From a virus (lineage: Duplodnaviria > Caudoviricetes), in the IMG/VR virus record IMGVR_UViG_3300021255_003284, positions 44,454-108,453 of that record: a stretch of DNA of 64,000 nucleotides, one strand, 5' to 3'. The translations under genes were made by a program, and so were the position numbers. Below, in pieces: positions 8,375 to 18,485 of the stretch (positions are counted from its first letter, which is position 1; each line of letters starts with the position of its first letter). The notes beneath the pieces are model-generated. The model did no database searches. It had not been told where the DNA came from and worked only from the letters and a program-made list of their open reading frames with translations.

Positions 8375-11300
8375 TCAATTCTTGTGGCAAAAATATAAAT
8401 CGTTATTCTTTGGATCATACATTGTTGGTTCTTTCCCACTGTTCACATATTCGGCGACATTGATTCCTGCATACCTGCCAATTTCATTATACGCCGCCTG
8501 ATAATAGTGATACTGATCTTTCATCAATCCACGGGATTTATATGATGTTAGAATCGTTGTTGCCATAACAGTATCGTCCCTGTCCTGTGCAATGTCAGTC
8601 TGGGCGTTGATGATGTCAGAATAATCATAATCCGTACCGTTAAATTCCCCAATCCGAATCAGGAAACACTTCTCAATCCCGGCATTTTTCATGGTCACCA
8701 TAATATCATCAAAATACGTTTTATACTGGTCACCAGTTACCCCGAGCCTGGTATCACTTTCGCCCTGACACCACAGCATGAACTTATGTCGGATCGTGTA
8801 TCCGTTGTTTGTCAGATACGTTACAGCATCAGACAACCGCTGGAGCGCGTCCGTCAGGTTTTCAGACCCTGTTATCCACGATTGGATGCCAGTGCCGCCT
8901 TCACTTGCGCTGATGCCAATAACAGGCACACCAGTGTGCATATAGTATTCATTGACAAATGCAACGGCAAGCCCCCCGGTTTTGTTTCCGCCATCTGGTG
9001 CGCTGCCTCCGTCATCAATCCCGCCAGTTTTGTTTTCAAATTTGCCAAACGGCTCCGCCATTGGGTAAAGTCTTGTTTTGTCGGTTATAGCTCTAAATTC
9101 AAGGCCGGCACTCGGTATAATGTGTGGATATGATTCTGGCCATGTGCTGTTAGTCACTCCACGTCCAGCCATGTTTGACTGTCCTGCAAAAAGAAACAGA
9201 TCAACAATTCTATTTCTGTCAATCACATAACAGCATTTATCTACATTGGCCGGGTCAACGTTGTTTGAATCGTTCGTTTTGTCCTTAAACTGCAATAGCA
9301 CAACATAATTATTCATACCGTTGGTGTCAATAATCATTTTCCCGGTTGTGTTCCACCCCGTGTTTGGAACAAGCAACGTTTTCTTTGTCGCCTTGTCCAC
9401 TATCATATATGTACCAGCATATACAGAATTATCAAAATACACTATAGCGCCATCATTCAACGTTATTTCACATAATGCCCGAATATTACTGTCAACAATC
9501 CCCGTGCTAGAAATAAACGTTTTCCCGGAAAACCGATACCCCTTGACATAATAATATTGGTTATCCGCATTAACAGGAGAAATATGTTTGACATCATACG
9601 CATTTTCTGTGAGCCGTTCATCAGTTTCCTGTTTCGTAAGGGTCGTCATGATAATCGGCTTGGAGATTACATCTGTATATGATGCGCCGTTTGTGATCGA
9701 AAGGCGGACTATACATCCTGTCGCATTTGCAGATAACTTAACGGCCTTTGTGCCATACCCTGGAATGTTGGCGATTTCTGAGTAACTGCTCCCCACACGC
9801 TCATAAAGCCGGAAAATGATGTTGCTGTTAGCGCAATCATGCACCAAAAACAATTCATCGCCAGCACCGAATCCGCTCGGAAATGCGTTTGCATTATTAT
9901 ATATGTCGTAATGCGTTAAACCGCTCCCGGTAGATGAGCCGTTGATGGTGTAATTGCCCATTCCGTCCGCAACTATGGTAAAACTTCCCGGTCTGTACGT
10001 ACCATTCGAAATAGGGGCATGATTCGCCGCGCCGTAAACATCAATGGCGCTCTTTAAGTCACCAACCTTCGCCGCATCTGCCGCCGCTCCCGCCACAGAC
10101 AGCGTGTCGTCGACGACATATCCCGTAGCCGGATCGACGTGGTCATCGAGCCAATCGGACACAGCATCGCTGACGCCCGCCGTCAAATCAACGGGGTTGG
10201 GATTCTGCCGCCCGCCGTCGTTCGCCCACGATATAACGCCCGCACTCGATACAGCGGGAGTGAACGTCACGCCGTCATCGCCATCCGTGCCGCTCGCGCC
10301 ATCGTTGATCGTGGCGACACCCGTGCCGTCGACACTGATCGTCGTGATCGTGCCTGACTTGCTGGCTGTGATGACAGGCGTGTGACCGTCAGTGCCGTCC
10401 GCACCATCCTTCCCCGCTGGACCGCGCTGCCCTTCGGAGCCATCCATCACATCGAAGCTATGTGCCCCTGTCGCGTCGGTGATCGTTACCCTGTGGCCGC
10501 CGGTAATATCCGTGATTGTAATGATAGGGGACACACCGTCCTGACCGGCCGGCCCAGCCGCTCCCTCCGGACCGGGCGGGCCGTCAACACCGTCGACGAC
10601 GTCGGTCATCGTGATACCGTATAAGTCGGAAACCACGATGGTTGATGTGTTGCCTTCCTTTGTCACATATGCAATCGGGCTGAAGCCCTCCGGACCCGCC
10701 GGCCCAGTATCGCCTTTTTCGCCGCGCGCGCCCTGATCGCCGCGAACACCTCTCGGGCCGGTATCGCCCTTAACGCCCTGCAGCCCGCGTTCGCCGCGCG
10801 GCCCCTGTTCGCCCGTGTCGCCCTTCTCGCCGTGAGGGATACCGAACGTAATAACGCCGGCGTTATAATCCGCCGTCGCAGCCGAACCCGGTTCAAGCGT
10901 GATCGCGTTGGCCGTAATACCGCGCAGTTCGTCGGCAAGCGCCTCTCGCGCTTCTTCTGCGGCCTGTCGCGCCGTCTCGTTTGTTTGCCTGGCGTTTTCA
11001 TCTGACACGCGCCGCTCTTCCGCGCTGATGCGCTGCGCCTCTGCCGTTCGTCTCTCGGCTTCATCGCTGACGCGCAAAGCTTCACTGTCCCTCCGCTCGA
11101 TTTCAGCTTCGACACGGCGTTCCTCAGCGGCCAGTCTGTCACCCTCGGAGGCGATGCGCATCGTCTCGCCGGATAGGCGCGCGTCTTCATTATCTTCGCG
11201 CTCGAGCTCTGCCGATACGCGCTCAGCTTCGCCGCTTATGCGTTCAGCCTCATTCTGTACGCGGATAACCTCTGCGCTGATTCGCGCTTCTTCGGCCGCG

Positions 11301-11767
11301 ATCCGATCTTCTTCCCGCTGCAATCGATCCTCTTCCGCGCTCACGCGCACGCTCTCCGCACGGATAGCCTTTTCCATCTGCGCGTACATGATTTCAAAGG
11401 CGCTCTGCTGCTCGGGAGTAACCTCGTCATAATTTGGCTTCGGCCTCTCGTGCACGGGAATGACGGCTGTATAAGCTGTCTCGCCGTCGTCAAGATCGTC
11501 ATGCAGATATACGAATGCGTAAACAGGCTTGCCGCTTTCAAACATGATGTTCGGAACGACGACGCCGTCGCTCGTCCCTGTTTGCGATACGGCGTCCCCG
11601 CCCGTCGCGCTGTTCGAGAAATGCACCTCGTAGGCTTCTGGGAGCGATATGCCGTCAAATCGAAGGACGATGCCGTAATCCCATTGCCAGAGGCTTCTGG
11701 CGACAGACGATGTCTTGCCCGCCCTGAATGACGCGGTCACGACATGTCTGAATTCCGCTTCCGCCAT
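8375..11767 (-). CDS. Virion appendage protein: BppU-like N-terminus, coiled coil, collagen repeats, C-terminal SASA (CE6-like) acetylesterase
   Basis: LWQWDYG..L...YEVHFSN; E/R/A heptads; Gly-X-Y runs; LFAGQSNMAG, WCQGESD, DQYH. Confidence 0.85.
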   Translation of the reverse strand: MAEAEFRHVVTASFRAGKTSSVARSLWQWDYGIVLRFDGISLPEAYEVHFSNSATGGDAVSQTGTSDGVVVPNIMFESGKPVYAFVYLHDDLDDGETAYTAVIPVHERPKPNYDEVTPEQQSAFEIMYAQMEKAIRAESVRVSAEEDRLQREEDRIAAEEARISAEVIRVQNEAERISGEAERVSAELEREDNEDARLSGETMRIASEGDRLAAEERRVEAEIERRDSEALRVSDEAERRTAEAQRISAEERRVSDENARQTNETARQAAEEAREALADELRGITANAITLEPGSAATADYNAGVITFGIPHGEKGDTGEQGPRGERGLQGVKGDTGPRGVRGDQGARGEKGDTGPAGPEGFSPIAYVTKEGNTSTIVVSDLYGITMTDVVDGVDGPPGPEGAAGPAGQDGVSPIITITDITGGHRVTITDATGAHSFDVMDGSEGQRGPAGKDGADGTDGHTPVITASKSGTITTISVDGTGVATINDGASGTDGDDGVTFTPAVSSAGVISWANDGGRQNPNPVDLTAGVSDAVSDWLDDHVDPATGYVVDDTLSVAGAAADAAKVGDLKSAIDVYGAANHAPISNGTYRPGSFTIVADGMGNYTINGSSTGSGLTHYDIYNNANAFPSGFGAGDELFLVHDCANSNIIFRLYERVGSSYSEIANIPGYGTKAVKLSANATGCIVRLSITNGASYTDVISKPIIMTTLTKQETDERLTENAYDVKHISPVNADNQYYYVKGYRFSGKTFISSTGIVDSNIRALCEITLNDGAIVYFDNSVYAGTYMIVDKATKKTLLVPNTGWNTTGKMIIDTNGMNNYVVLLQFKDKTNDSNNVDPANVDKCCYVIDRNRIVDLFLFAGQSNMAGRGVTNSTWPESYPHIIPSAGLEFRAITDKTRLYPMAEPFGKFENKTGGIDDGGSAPDGGNKTGGLAVAFVNEYYMHTGVPVIGISASEGGTGIQSWITGSENLTDALQRLSDAVTYLTNNGYTIRHKFMLWCQGESDTRLGVTGDQYKTYFDDIMVTMKNAGIEKCFLIRIGEFNGTDYDYSDIINAQTDIAQDRDDTVMATTILTSYKSRGLMKDQYHYYQAAYNEIGRYAGINVAEYVNSGKEPTMYDPKNNDLYFCHKN
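10039..10068 (-). repeat. Upstream cassette boundary site A1 (encodes VGDLKSAID)
   Basis: catcaatggcgctctttaagtcaccaacct; 29/30 identical to 15558-15587; coincides with a compositional shift. Confidence 0.9.
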
Positions 11768-11802
11768 GGCTATCAGCTCCTTTCGTTTTATATATACTGA
11801 TA

Positions 11803-11881
11803 AGGCCGGCGCTGACTGAGCGCCGGTTTGCTTGCTGTTTTATCAAGGGACACTGCGGGCGGTCGTTTGACCAGCCCGCAG
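11803..11881. terminator. Two intergenic hairpins (terminator or RNA processing)
   Basis: ccggcgct/agcgccgg stem at 11803-11829 and ctgcgggc-ggtc/gacc-a-gcccgcag at 11853-11881. Confidence 0.45.
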
Positions 11882-11902
11882 CTGTCTGATTATTGTACCT
11901 GA

Positions 11903-12217
11903 TCAACGACCGCCTTCGCTTGCACCGATCTGGTCGATGCGCTTGTTGAGCCACACGATCTGCTCTTCGACCACAGGCATCCTGCGGGCGAAGTTGTTGT
12001 GCTCTCGCACTTCACGCGTCAACTCATCGATCTTCGTGTCGGTAACGGCCTGCCACTTTTCTATTTTATCGTCGAGCGCCTTGTCGGCCAGCTCGCTTTG
12101 CTTATCCAGCTTCGTATACAGATCTTTACTGTTTTGCTTTGATATAAATATCTGTGATATGATCGCGCAGACTCCGGTGATCAGCGCGACAACAATCGCC
12201 TCTGTCACGCCCATCAT
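11903..12217 (-). CDS. Holin-like membrane protein (N-terminal TM plus coiled coil)
   Basis: EAIVVALITGVCAII, LTREVREHNNFARRMPVVEEQI; overlaps the endolysin stop. Confidence 0.65.
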   Translation of the reverse strand: MMGVTEAIVVALITGVCAIISQIFISKQNSKDLYTKLDKQSELADKALDDKIEKWQAVTDTKIDELTREVREHNNFARRMPVVEEQIVWLNKRIDQIGASEGGR

Positions 12218-13779
12218 CCTTTCGCGATCTCACTTCTGGGGTACTTCGCCATCAACTCTTCTACCTCGGCCCGGCTCAGGTCGTATATGACCAGCGTATA
12301 GTACGCGGCCGGGTCGGCCGGCGCTGTCACGACCGGCTCATTGGGTTCGATGTTCGGAGTAGCGGCTGTGTCATTTTCGCCGTTCTCTTCATCCTGTTTC
12401 GGCATGGCCGCTTTGATCGCGGCGATCGTTGCCTTACCGGCGACACCGTCTGCTTCCAGATCATGATCTTTTTGAAACTGCGTGATCGCAGCGATCGTCT
12501 CGCCGCCGCAATCGCCGTCCGCGCCGTAACGCGGAAGAGCGTATCCAAGTGCGATCAGTGCCTCCTGAAGTTCTTTGACGTCAGACCCCTTAACGCCTTT
12601 CTTGATCGTCCTCGCCCCAAGCTTCGAGCCGCCGATCGTACCGATTCCGACGTATTCGATCATCGTGCTCGGCAGGCGTCCCCATTCGGTCCACGGGCCG
12701 TCCGTCACTTTATTGCGCACACAATCATACGCGAATCCTTTCATTTCAACCGTATAACCGCCGCCTACATATACGCCGATATGCCCGGGCTTATGCACGA
12801 CCAACCCGGGGATGTCCGGGATCGTGCTGATCTGACCCGTCTCGTCGCACAGCGCGAACAGGCCGTCGGCGCTTCTGTCGGGGCAGCCGTTGCTCTGATA
12901 CGTGTTCTTGCCATTGATGTTCCCGTTCTTCCAGAAAAATGATTTGATCATTCCGACACAGTCGGCGCACATCTTCCCATTTGCGATATCCTTCATATAC
13001 CCGCTCGTCCTGTCGGACGTATAATGTTCCGGATATTGCTGGCGCTTGCTGTTGTACAGTGACTGCGTACACTGGTAACCGCATGAACCGTACCAGTATA
13101 CCCACGCGGCCTCATACACCTGTTCGCAATAATTGGCCAGCTCCAGATTCGTAGGCATTCCTGTCTCCCCCTTTATAGCGCGATCATCGGCGAACCACTG
13201 AAGCACCCGCCCGCCGCGATACGCGTTCAGGTCGACATTGCCATCGATACCGGCTACGCACCCTTTGCTCGTATACTGCCACAGGTCGCACGCCTGCGTC
13301 GGCGCGTATGATTCGTTGATCGTTCCGTCGTCCTTGCCCCAGCGCGGAATCCACACGATGTCACACAGCGCTTTGGCCGATCCGATCCAGTTGATATGAG
13401 GCTGACCGACATACATGCCGATCCTCTTTATGCCGCGTTCTCTGAGGCGCGTCAGAAACGCTATGCATATATCTTCCGTATTGGATGCCGTCTGCGCCTC
13501 ATATTCGACATCCAATATATAGAATGCTGGCTTGCCCGCGCTCGCGCACTGCACAAACCAATCGGCCTCGTCTCGCGCGGCCGCAGTGGATGACGCCTTG
13601 ATGTAGTGATACACGCCGTACGGCAAACCGCACTGTGCGGCGTTCGTCTTATACTTGGCATCCTCTTTCATACCGACAGACGCACGGAATATGACCATCT
13701 CAAGCTCAGTCCGGGCCTTCGCCCAGTCAATGGTGCCGTTCCACGCGCTGATGTCCGCGATTTTCATTCGCCCGATCAC
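12214..13779 (-). CDS. Endolysin: GH25 muramidase, NlpC/P60 peptidase and PG-binding domain
   Basis: DISAWNGTIDW, GVYHY, LDVE, WQYTSKG, VDLN; ADCVG and HIGVYVG; GSDVKELQ..L...GADG. Confidence 0.92.
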   Translation of the reverse strand: MIGRMKIADISAWNGTIDWAKARTELEMVIFRASVGMKEDAKYKTNAAQCGLPYGVYHYIKASSTAAARDEADWFVQCASAGKPAFYILDVEYEAQTASNTEDICIAFLTRLRERGIKRIGMYVGQPHINWIGSAKALCDIVWIPRWGKDDGTINESYAPTQACDLWQYTSKGCVAGIDGNVDLNAYRGGRVLQWFADDRAIKGETGMPTNLELANYCEQVYEAAWVYWYGSCGYQCTQSLYNSKRQQYPEHYTSDRTSGYMKDIANGKMCADCVGMIKSFFWKNGNINGKNTYQSNGCPDRSADGLFALCDETGQISTIPDIPGLVVHKPGHIGVYVGGGYTVEMKGFAYDCVRNKVTDGPWTEWGRLPSTMIEYVGIGTIGGSKLGARTIKKGVKGSDVKELQEALIALGYALPRYGADGDCGGETIAAITQFQKDHDLEADGVAGKATIAAIKAAMPKQDEENGENDTAATPNIEPNEPVVTAPADPAAYYTLVIYDLSRAEVEELMAKYPRSEIAKG

Positions 13780-13915
13780 CGCCTCTCCGTTTATATACCG
13801 GGCGACTTCTGCCGCCCGGCATTGATGACTCGGCTCGGCATGGCTATGATTACGTAGTGATTGCGCCTCTTTTGTTGCGCTTACCTTTTAACCGCCCATG
13901 CTCTCGCCGCTTTAC

Positions 13916-13938
13916 TGACTCAAAGTGTTATTTAATCA
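13916..13938. repeat. Downstream cassette boundary site B2 (tgactcaaa-GTGTTA-tttaatca)
   Basis: Imperfect inverted repeat overlapping the stop codon; spacer as in B1; outer arm mirrors TGACTTAAAG of the A sites. Confidence 0.65.
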
Positions 13939-16089
13939 TTTGTGCGGCGGTAGCATATTCAACTCAGCCGCGATAATATTGCCAATGTCCATACACGCTT
14001 TCCCGCTCAAATCAGTATTCGGGTGCTTTCCGTCTTGCATATGCAACTCCGGCAAGCGATATGATCTACTCGTTCCTCCACTTTCAATCCAAATTCCGCC
14101 GCCGCTCGTTTGCTGCCAATATCCGGTACTCATTACTGCTCTGTCCCATGCCCAACCCAGTTTGTCGCAGATGCGGATTAGCGGCAGGCCCCAGTATTCA
14201 GCGACGCTTTCCTGCATATCGATCACTCCGGGTTCGCGCTGAGTTTCATAATGGCTGATCAATACGATGTTGGCGTGCGGATTCACGGCAAGGATGGCGG
14301 CAATAAATGTATTCATTGCCCCCTGATATGTAGAACGATCAAACGCATTATCGGGATTGGCAACATTATCGGCTGAATTGACACGCCAATCATTATAGCC
14401 GTGGTCGAACACATACAAATCGACCGGGTTTGTTGTGACATACTGCATCAATTTGTTTTCGTAACTACAGGCAATCGCTTTATCTTTGATCACGTCCGTC
14501 ATTGCGGCATCGTACCCAGTTATTGCCCGCCACTTCGTTTCCCAGTTTGTAGTTAATTCCGTTTTTTCTGCAATCGTGCCGCCCAAAGACCACAATGCAC
14601 CAATGCCCATATTCGTAACGCCGTAAGGATCATTTTCTGACTCCGCGCTTCGCGTCCCGCGCCGTGCGCAAGATGAGCCCACGGCCTCGTTATAAATCGT
14701 AGCCCCCAGCAATTCACCCACATATTCGGGGTAGCCGGTGACCGGATTATAGCCGGACGGTTCCGGTATTGAGGTGCCGAACCATGCAATTTTTTTTCCG
14801 TGCCATTTACTATAAGGCATTGGCGCAACCGTCTGATATTTGGCTACATACAGCAAATATGTATTGGCGTTTACAATCACTTCGTCAACGCCGGATGGAA
14901 TCACAACAAGCCACCGTTTGAACATCTGGTTTGCGTTCTCAGAATAACCTACAATCGCGCCATCTTTTCTGAAAATATATGCTGGATAATCGTTCCCGTA
15001 TTTATACGCAATAATTTCATATTTTTCGCCACGGCTCACAGTGATAGAAGTATGCTGTCCGATATTCGCGATTGCCCCTGTTTTATTCATAACGCCAGAA
15101 ACGGGTGTTACGTTGATTCTGTTATATACACCTGCTTCTCCATTTTCGACAATACTATCAACAACCGTTTCAAGTGCTATAAAATCACTTTGATTTGCCT
15201 TTTCATGAACAACTGTTATGTTTACAGTCGAAGACAAAACAATATCACTTATCATATCTGGGGTTAAAGCTGAATTGTCATCAGATTTAATGCATACCAT
15301 AACCTGTGTTGCGGTACTGTTATCTGACGTGACATTCTGCGCCCACGATGCATCAACAATATAATTCCCGCTTGAATCGCATAACAATAGCCTTGCCTTA
15401 TATCCGCTTTTCACACTAACATATTCCCCAGCAGACCATTTTGCAAACTCTTTTGTTCTGACGACATAAGCCAGATCTTGTGGTTTCAGTTGCTGTCCAA
15501 CGTTAATAGCGGAATAGTTTCCTTGCTCAAATAGATAGGTTTTTATGGGATTAAATTCATCAATGGCGCTCTTTAAGTCAGCAACCTGAGATCTAACCGC
15601 CTCTCCGGCCGTTTGATACACCGTCCCATCTGAACCAATGCGGATGTCGATGACCTCCGGAGCCAGCTCACTCGTCGACTCGTCAGTCATCAAATGAATG
15701 ATCTCGTTGAGCCTGGTGCTGATCGCGGCGACGCTGACATAATCAATATTGTCGCTATATTCGTAGTCGCTTGGCTTTGCCCTCGGCGCAACTGGGATCT
15801 GTATCACATGCTTTGTCTTATACGCGTCATTGTCAGTCTCGTAGTATAGATAGGCGAATATCGTCTCAGCGCTCTGAAGTAGTACATTCGGCACCTTAAC
15901 CGTAAGATCGGTGCCGCCGGTCTCCTCTGGCGTAACGACCAGTGCCTCCTTGCTGCATCTGTTTGCGAAGTGAAAAACGGGATAAGGCGGAACCTCGGCA
16001 CCTTTTATTGTAATCGTTTGGTTTGTATCCCATTGAAACATCGTGCGCAGCAGTTCGCCCATCGAGTCATAGCAAACTATCTGACTCAT
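13936..16089 (-). CDS. Virion appendage protein: BppU-like N-terminus and C-terminal SGNH/GDSL hydrolase
   Basis: FQWDTNQ, VFHFAN, RAKPSDY; EVIDIRIG.DG..Y..AGEAVR linker; KKIAWFGTSI, GYND, DGKHP. Confidence 0.85.
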   Translation of the reverse strand: MSQIVCYDSMGELLRTMFQWDTNQTITIKGAEVPPYPVFHFANRCSKEALVVTPEETGGTDLTVKVPNVLLQSAETIFAYLYYETDNDAYKTKHVIQIPVAPRAKPSDYEYSDNIDYVSVAAISTRLNEIIHLMTDESTSELAPEVIDIRIGSDGTVYQTAGEAVRSQVADLKSAIDEFNPIKTYLFEQGNYSAINVGQQLKPQDLAYVVRTKEFAKWSAGEYVSVKSGYKARLLLCDSSGNYIVDASWAQNVTSDNSTATQVMVCIKSDDNSALTPDMISDIVLSSTVNITVVHEKANQSDFIALETVVDSIVENGEAGVYNRINVTPVSGVMNKTGAIANIGQHTSITVSRGEKYEIIAYKYGNDYPAYIFRKDGAIVGYSENANQMFKRWLVVIPSGVDEVIVNANTYLLYVAKYQTVAPMPYSKWHGKKIAWFGTSIPEPSGYNPVTGYPEYVGELLGATIYNEAVGSSCARRGTRSAESENDPYGVTNMGIGALWSLGGTIAEKTELTTNWETKWRAITGYDAAMTDVIKDKAIACSYENKLMQYVTTNPVDLYVFDHGYNDWRVNSADNVANPDNAFDRSTYQGAMNTFIAAILAVNPHANIVLISHYETQREPGVIDMQESVAEYWGLPLIRICDKLGWAWDRAVMSTGYWQQTSGGGIWIESGGTSRSYRLPELHMQDGKHPNTDLSGKACMDIGNIIAAELNMLPPHK
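15558..15587 (-). repeat. Upstream cassette boundary site A2 (encodes VADLKSAID)
   Basis: catcaatggcgctctttaagtcagcaacct. Confidence 0.9.
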
Positions 16090-16117
16090 AAAACACCTCC
16101 CTGAACATCATTATCAG

Positions 16118-18475
16118 TTAAACGCCGATCGCGATCCAGTCAATCTCTCGCGTTCCGCTGCCGCTGAGTATGACCTTTGCGCCGGCCGTAGTCTTGTCAT
16201 ATATTTTGGGGATCCCATTATCTCCGGAAACATTCGCACCCTCCTTGGAATACGTCACGGATATGTGCGGGACCTCATCGAATCCGATACTCGAATAGTT
16301 TATCTCTAAAGCCGTCTCCGATGTTCCGCCGACCGTCCCGTGACCATGTGCGATCTTGACCGGCATACGATCCATATCAAGCGTACCCGTCGTGATATTC
16401 GACGCGTCGTTTGCACCAAGATTTGCTCTGGCGTCAGCCGCGGTCGTCGCACCGGTACCTCCGCTGGAGACCGGAACGCCGTTCGCCATGCCGGAATGAA
16501 ATACCTGATAATTGGCCGCCGCACCGCCCTCGTTTGTCCGCAAATACAGCGCATTATCCAGACTCGTCTGATACGCCGGGTTGTTTACCCAAAGCGCGCG
16601 GTAAGTCCCGATGCCCTCGCCGGAAAAGGCGTAAAACCCGAAGTATCCGTTCGCTGCCGCGTCTATCCGCGCGAAACCGAGCCGCCCGGACGCGGCCTGC
16701 TGCGGCGTCATGTGCATCTGAGAGACTGATCCCGTATTCGCGATCGTCAGTTCACCCGTAAATGTGTCTGTCGTCCTTTTGAGAGCCCCGAGTGTGTTCA
16801 GTGCGTCCGTCGCGTTGTCAGCGCCCGTTCCGCCATCCGCAATGCCGAGCGGCTCGAGCATCTTGAGCGGCCAGTTGAATTCGACGACGCCGGACTCTTC
16901 TGCGACTTTGCCGAAAGCGACGCCGTTGCCGTCACGCAAAAAATCCATGATGACGACCTTTGTGCCGATCTCGGCCTGCTGTTCGACCTGATAGAATTTG
17001 TCGGCGAAAACGATACGGATCTCATAACTCGTTACATCTTGAAATACCGCGCCGCTCGCAGTCAGCAATCGATTCGTTTCGCTGACAGTGAAATCCACGG
17101 GTGACAGCTGGTCGTCCGTCGTCCACGACGAAGTGCCCTTCAGACGGTGTTGGATCTCGCACGTCAGTATCGCGTTTTGATCTGTCGCCCCGTCGTTCAG
17201 CGAAGAGGCGCGCGCGGACAGGTTGATGCGTACATGCGTGCCGTCAGTCTGCGCTTCGGTGCCCGTATCGTTGCATCGCTCCGCTGAAAAACTCGTGATC
17301 GTCGGCTTGCTGTACGCCAGCGCGGTGATCGTCGCCGTGCCGGCCTGTGAAACGCGGCCGCGCGTATCTGTAACCGTAACGCTGATTTCGATGCTTCCGG
17401 AGGTCGCAAGCGGGGCGGATGCAGTGAATTGCGCCGTATAATCAATGTCGTTTGATGTCGTAAATGTTGTGCCCGTATATGTTCTGCCGTCCAATGTCGC
17501 CCTGTATTGCGTGGGCGTACTGCCATATACGCCGCGCGCCACGATCGTCACGACAGGCTTGCTGAAATTCTGTATGTATGCCGTGATGCCCTGCGGGATG
17601 TCGGACGCGCCTTCTTGAGCTGTGACACTCTGTACTGTCGGCACCGTGCTACTTGGCACGCCGAGCGTGATCGTGCAGCTTTTCGTGCCGGTCAAAGCGC
17701 CATTGTAGTATGTATCGCAGTATATCGTACACACGCCGCTGACATCGTTCGGTATCTGCGACGCGAGCGACGCCGGGGGAGTCCAGCTCGTTGAAGCGCC
17801 GACGTTCGTCGCGATCGTATCCGACGCCCCGCCGAACGCGTACCTTATCGTGTGCGTCTGCGCCGAGCTCGCTCGGTTGGTATTGATCGTGATCGCCGAG
17901 CCGAGAGCCACGGTCGACGCGCTCGTCGTCGGCTTTGACGCGCCTTCGTCGTAGTCGATCGTGATGCTGACGCTCGTCCACTTGAAGTAAGATTCCGAGT
18001 ACTGCCGCCCCGGCAGATCCGGGTGCGGGTTGGGGTTGTACACCGTGAACGTATTATGGCCGGCTGTGAGATACGCCGCCATGTTGGTCAGCAGCGCGTT
18101 GCCGGTCTCGTCCGCCAGCGTGAACGTCAGCGTGTTATCCCGATAGTTCCCCTGAAGGCTCCCGAGCGAATCGCCGACGTACTGCAGACCTGTCACGCCG
18201 CTCTGCGTCGTGTTCTGATAGTTGGACTTATGGAGATAGGCAGTCTTCGTGTACCATTGACCCAAACCTGCGGAAGCCGATGTGATCGTCAGGCTGATGC
18301 CGTTGATGATCCGGCCGGTCATGTCCAGTCCGTTGAACGAGATAACGCCGACCTTATTCTCGCCCTCGTAAGGGTAGTCCTGAGCCGCGTAGCTGGTCGA
18401 TGTATTGGCCGTCTGGTTATACTGGCGCGTCATCAGCGTCGCGGTATATGTTGCCGTTTTAGACATCTGATCCAC
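16118..18475 (-). CDS. Minor tail/baseplate structural protein (DUF859-like) with fibre-type GGTGA repeats
   Basis: ITINTNRASSAQTHTIRYAFG, VTDTRGR, GNGVAFGKVAE, GGTGATTAADARANLG; follows Tal. Confidence 0.7.
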   Translation of the reverse strand: MDQMSKTATYTATLMTRQYNQTANTSTSYAAQDYPYEGENKVGVISFNGLDMTGRIINGISLTITSASAGLGQWYTKTAYLHKSNYQNTTQSGVTGLQYVGDSLGSLQGNYRDNTLTFTLADETGNALLTNMAAYLTAGHNTFTVYNPNPHPDLPGRQYSESYFKWTSVSITIDYDEGASKPTTSASTVALGSAITINTNRASSAQTHTIRYAFGGASDTIATNVGASTSWTPPASLASQIPNDVSGVCTIYCDTYYNGALTGTKSCTITLGVPSSTVPTVQSVTAQEGASDIPQGITAYIQNFSKPVVTIVARGVYGSTPTQYRATLDGRTYTGTTFTTSNDIDYTAQFTASAPLATSGSIEISVTVTDTRGRVSQAGTATITALAYSKPTITSFSAERCNDTGTEAQTDGTHVRINLSARASSLNDGATDQNAILTCEIQHRLKGTSSWTTDDQLSPVDFTVSETNRLLTASGAVFQDVTSYEIRIVFADKFYQVEQQAEIGTKVVIMDFLRDGNGVAFGKVAEESGVVEFNWPLKMLEPLGIADGGTGADNATDALNTLGALKRTTDTFTGELTIANTGSVSQMHMTPQQAASGRLGFARIDAAANGYFGFYAFSGEGIGTYRALWVNNPAYQTSLDNALYLRTNEGGAAANYQVFHSGMANGVPVSSGGTGATTAADARANLGANDASNITTGTLDMDRMPVKIAHGHGTVGGTSETALEINYSSIGFDEVPHISVTYSKEGANVSGDNGIPKIYDKTTAGAKVILSGSGTREIDWIAIGV

Positions 18476-18485
18476 CTCCGTTCAG

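Noticed and set aside
8348-15587. Diversity-generating retroelement or classical invertible shufflon
   Set aside because: No reverse transcriptase or adenine-variant TR/VR pair; no inverted silent cassettes, and the sites flanking each module have different spacers
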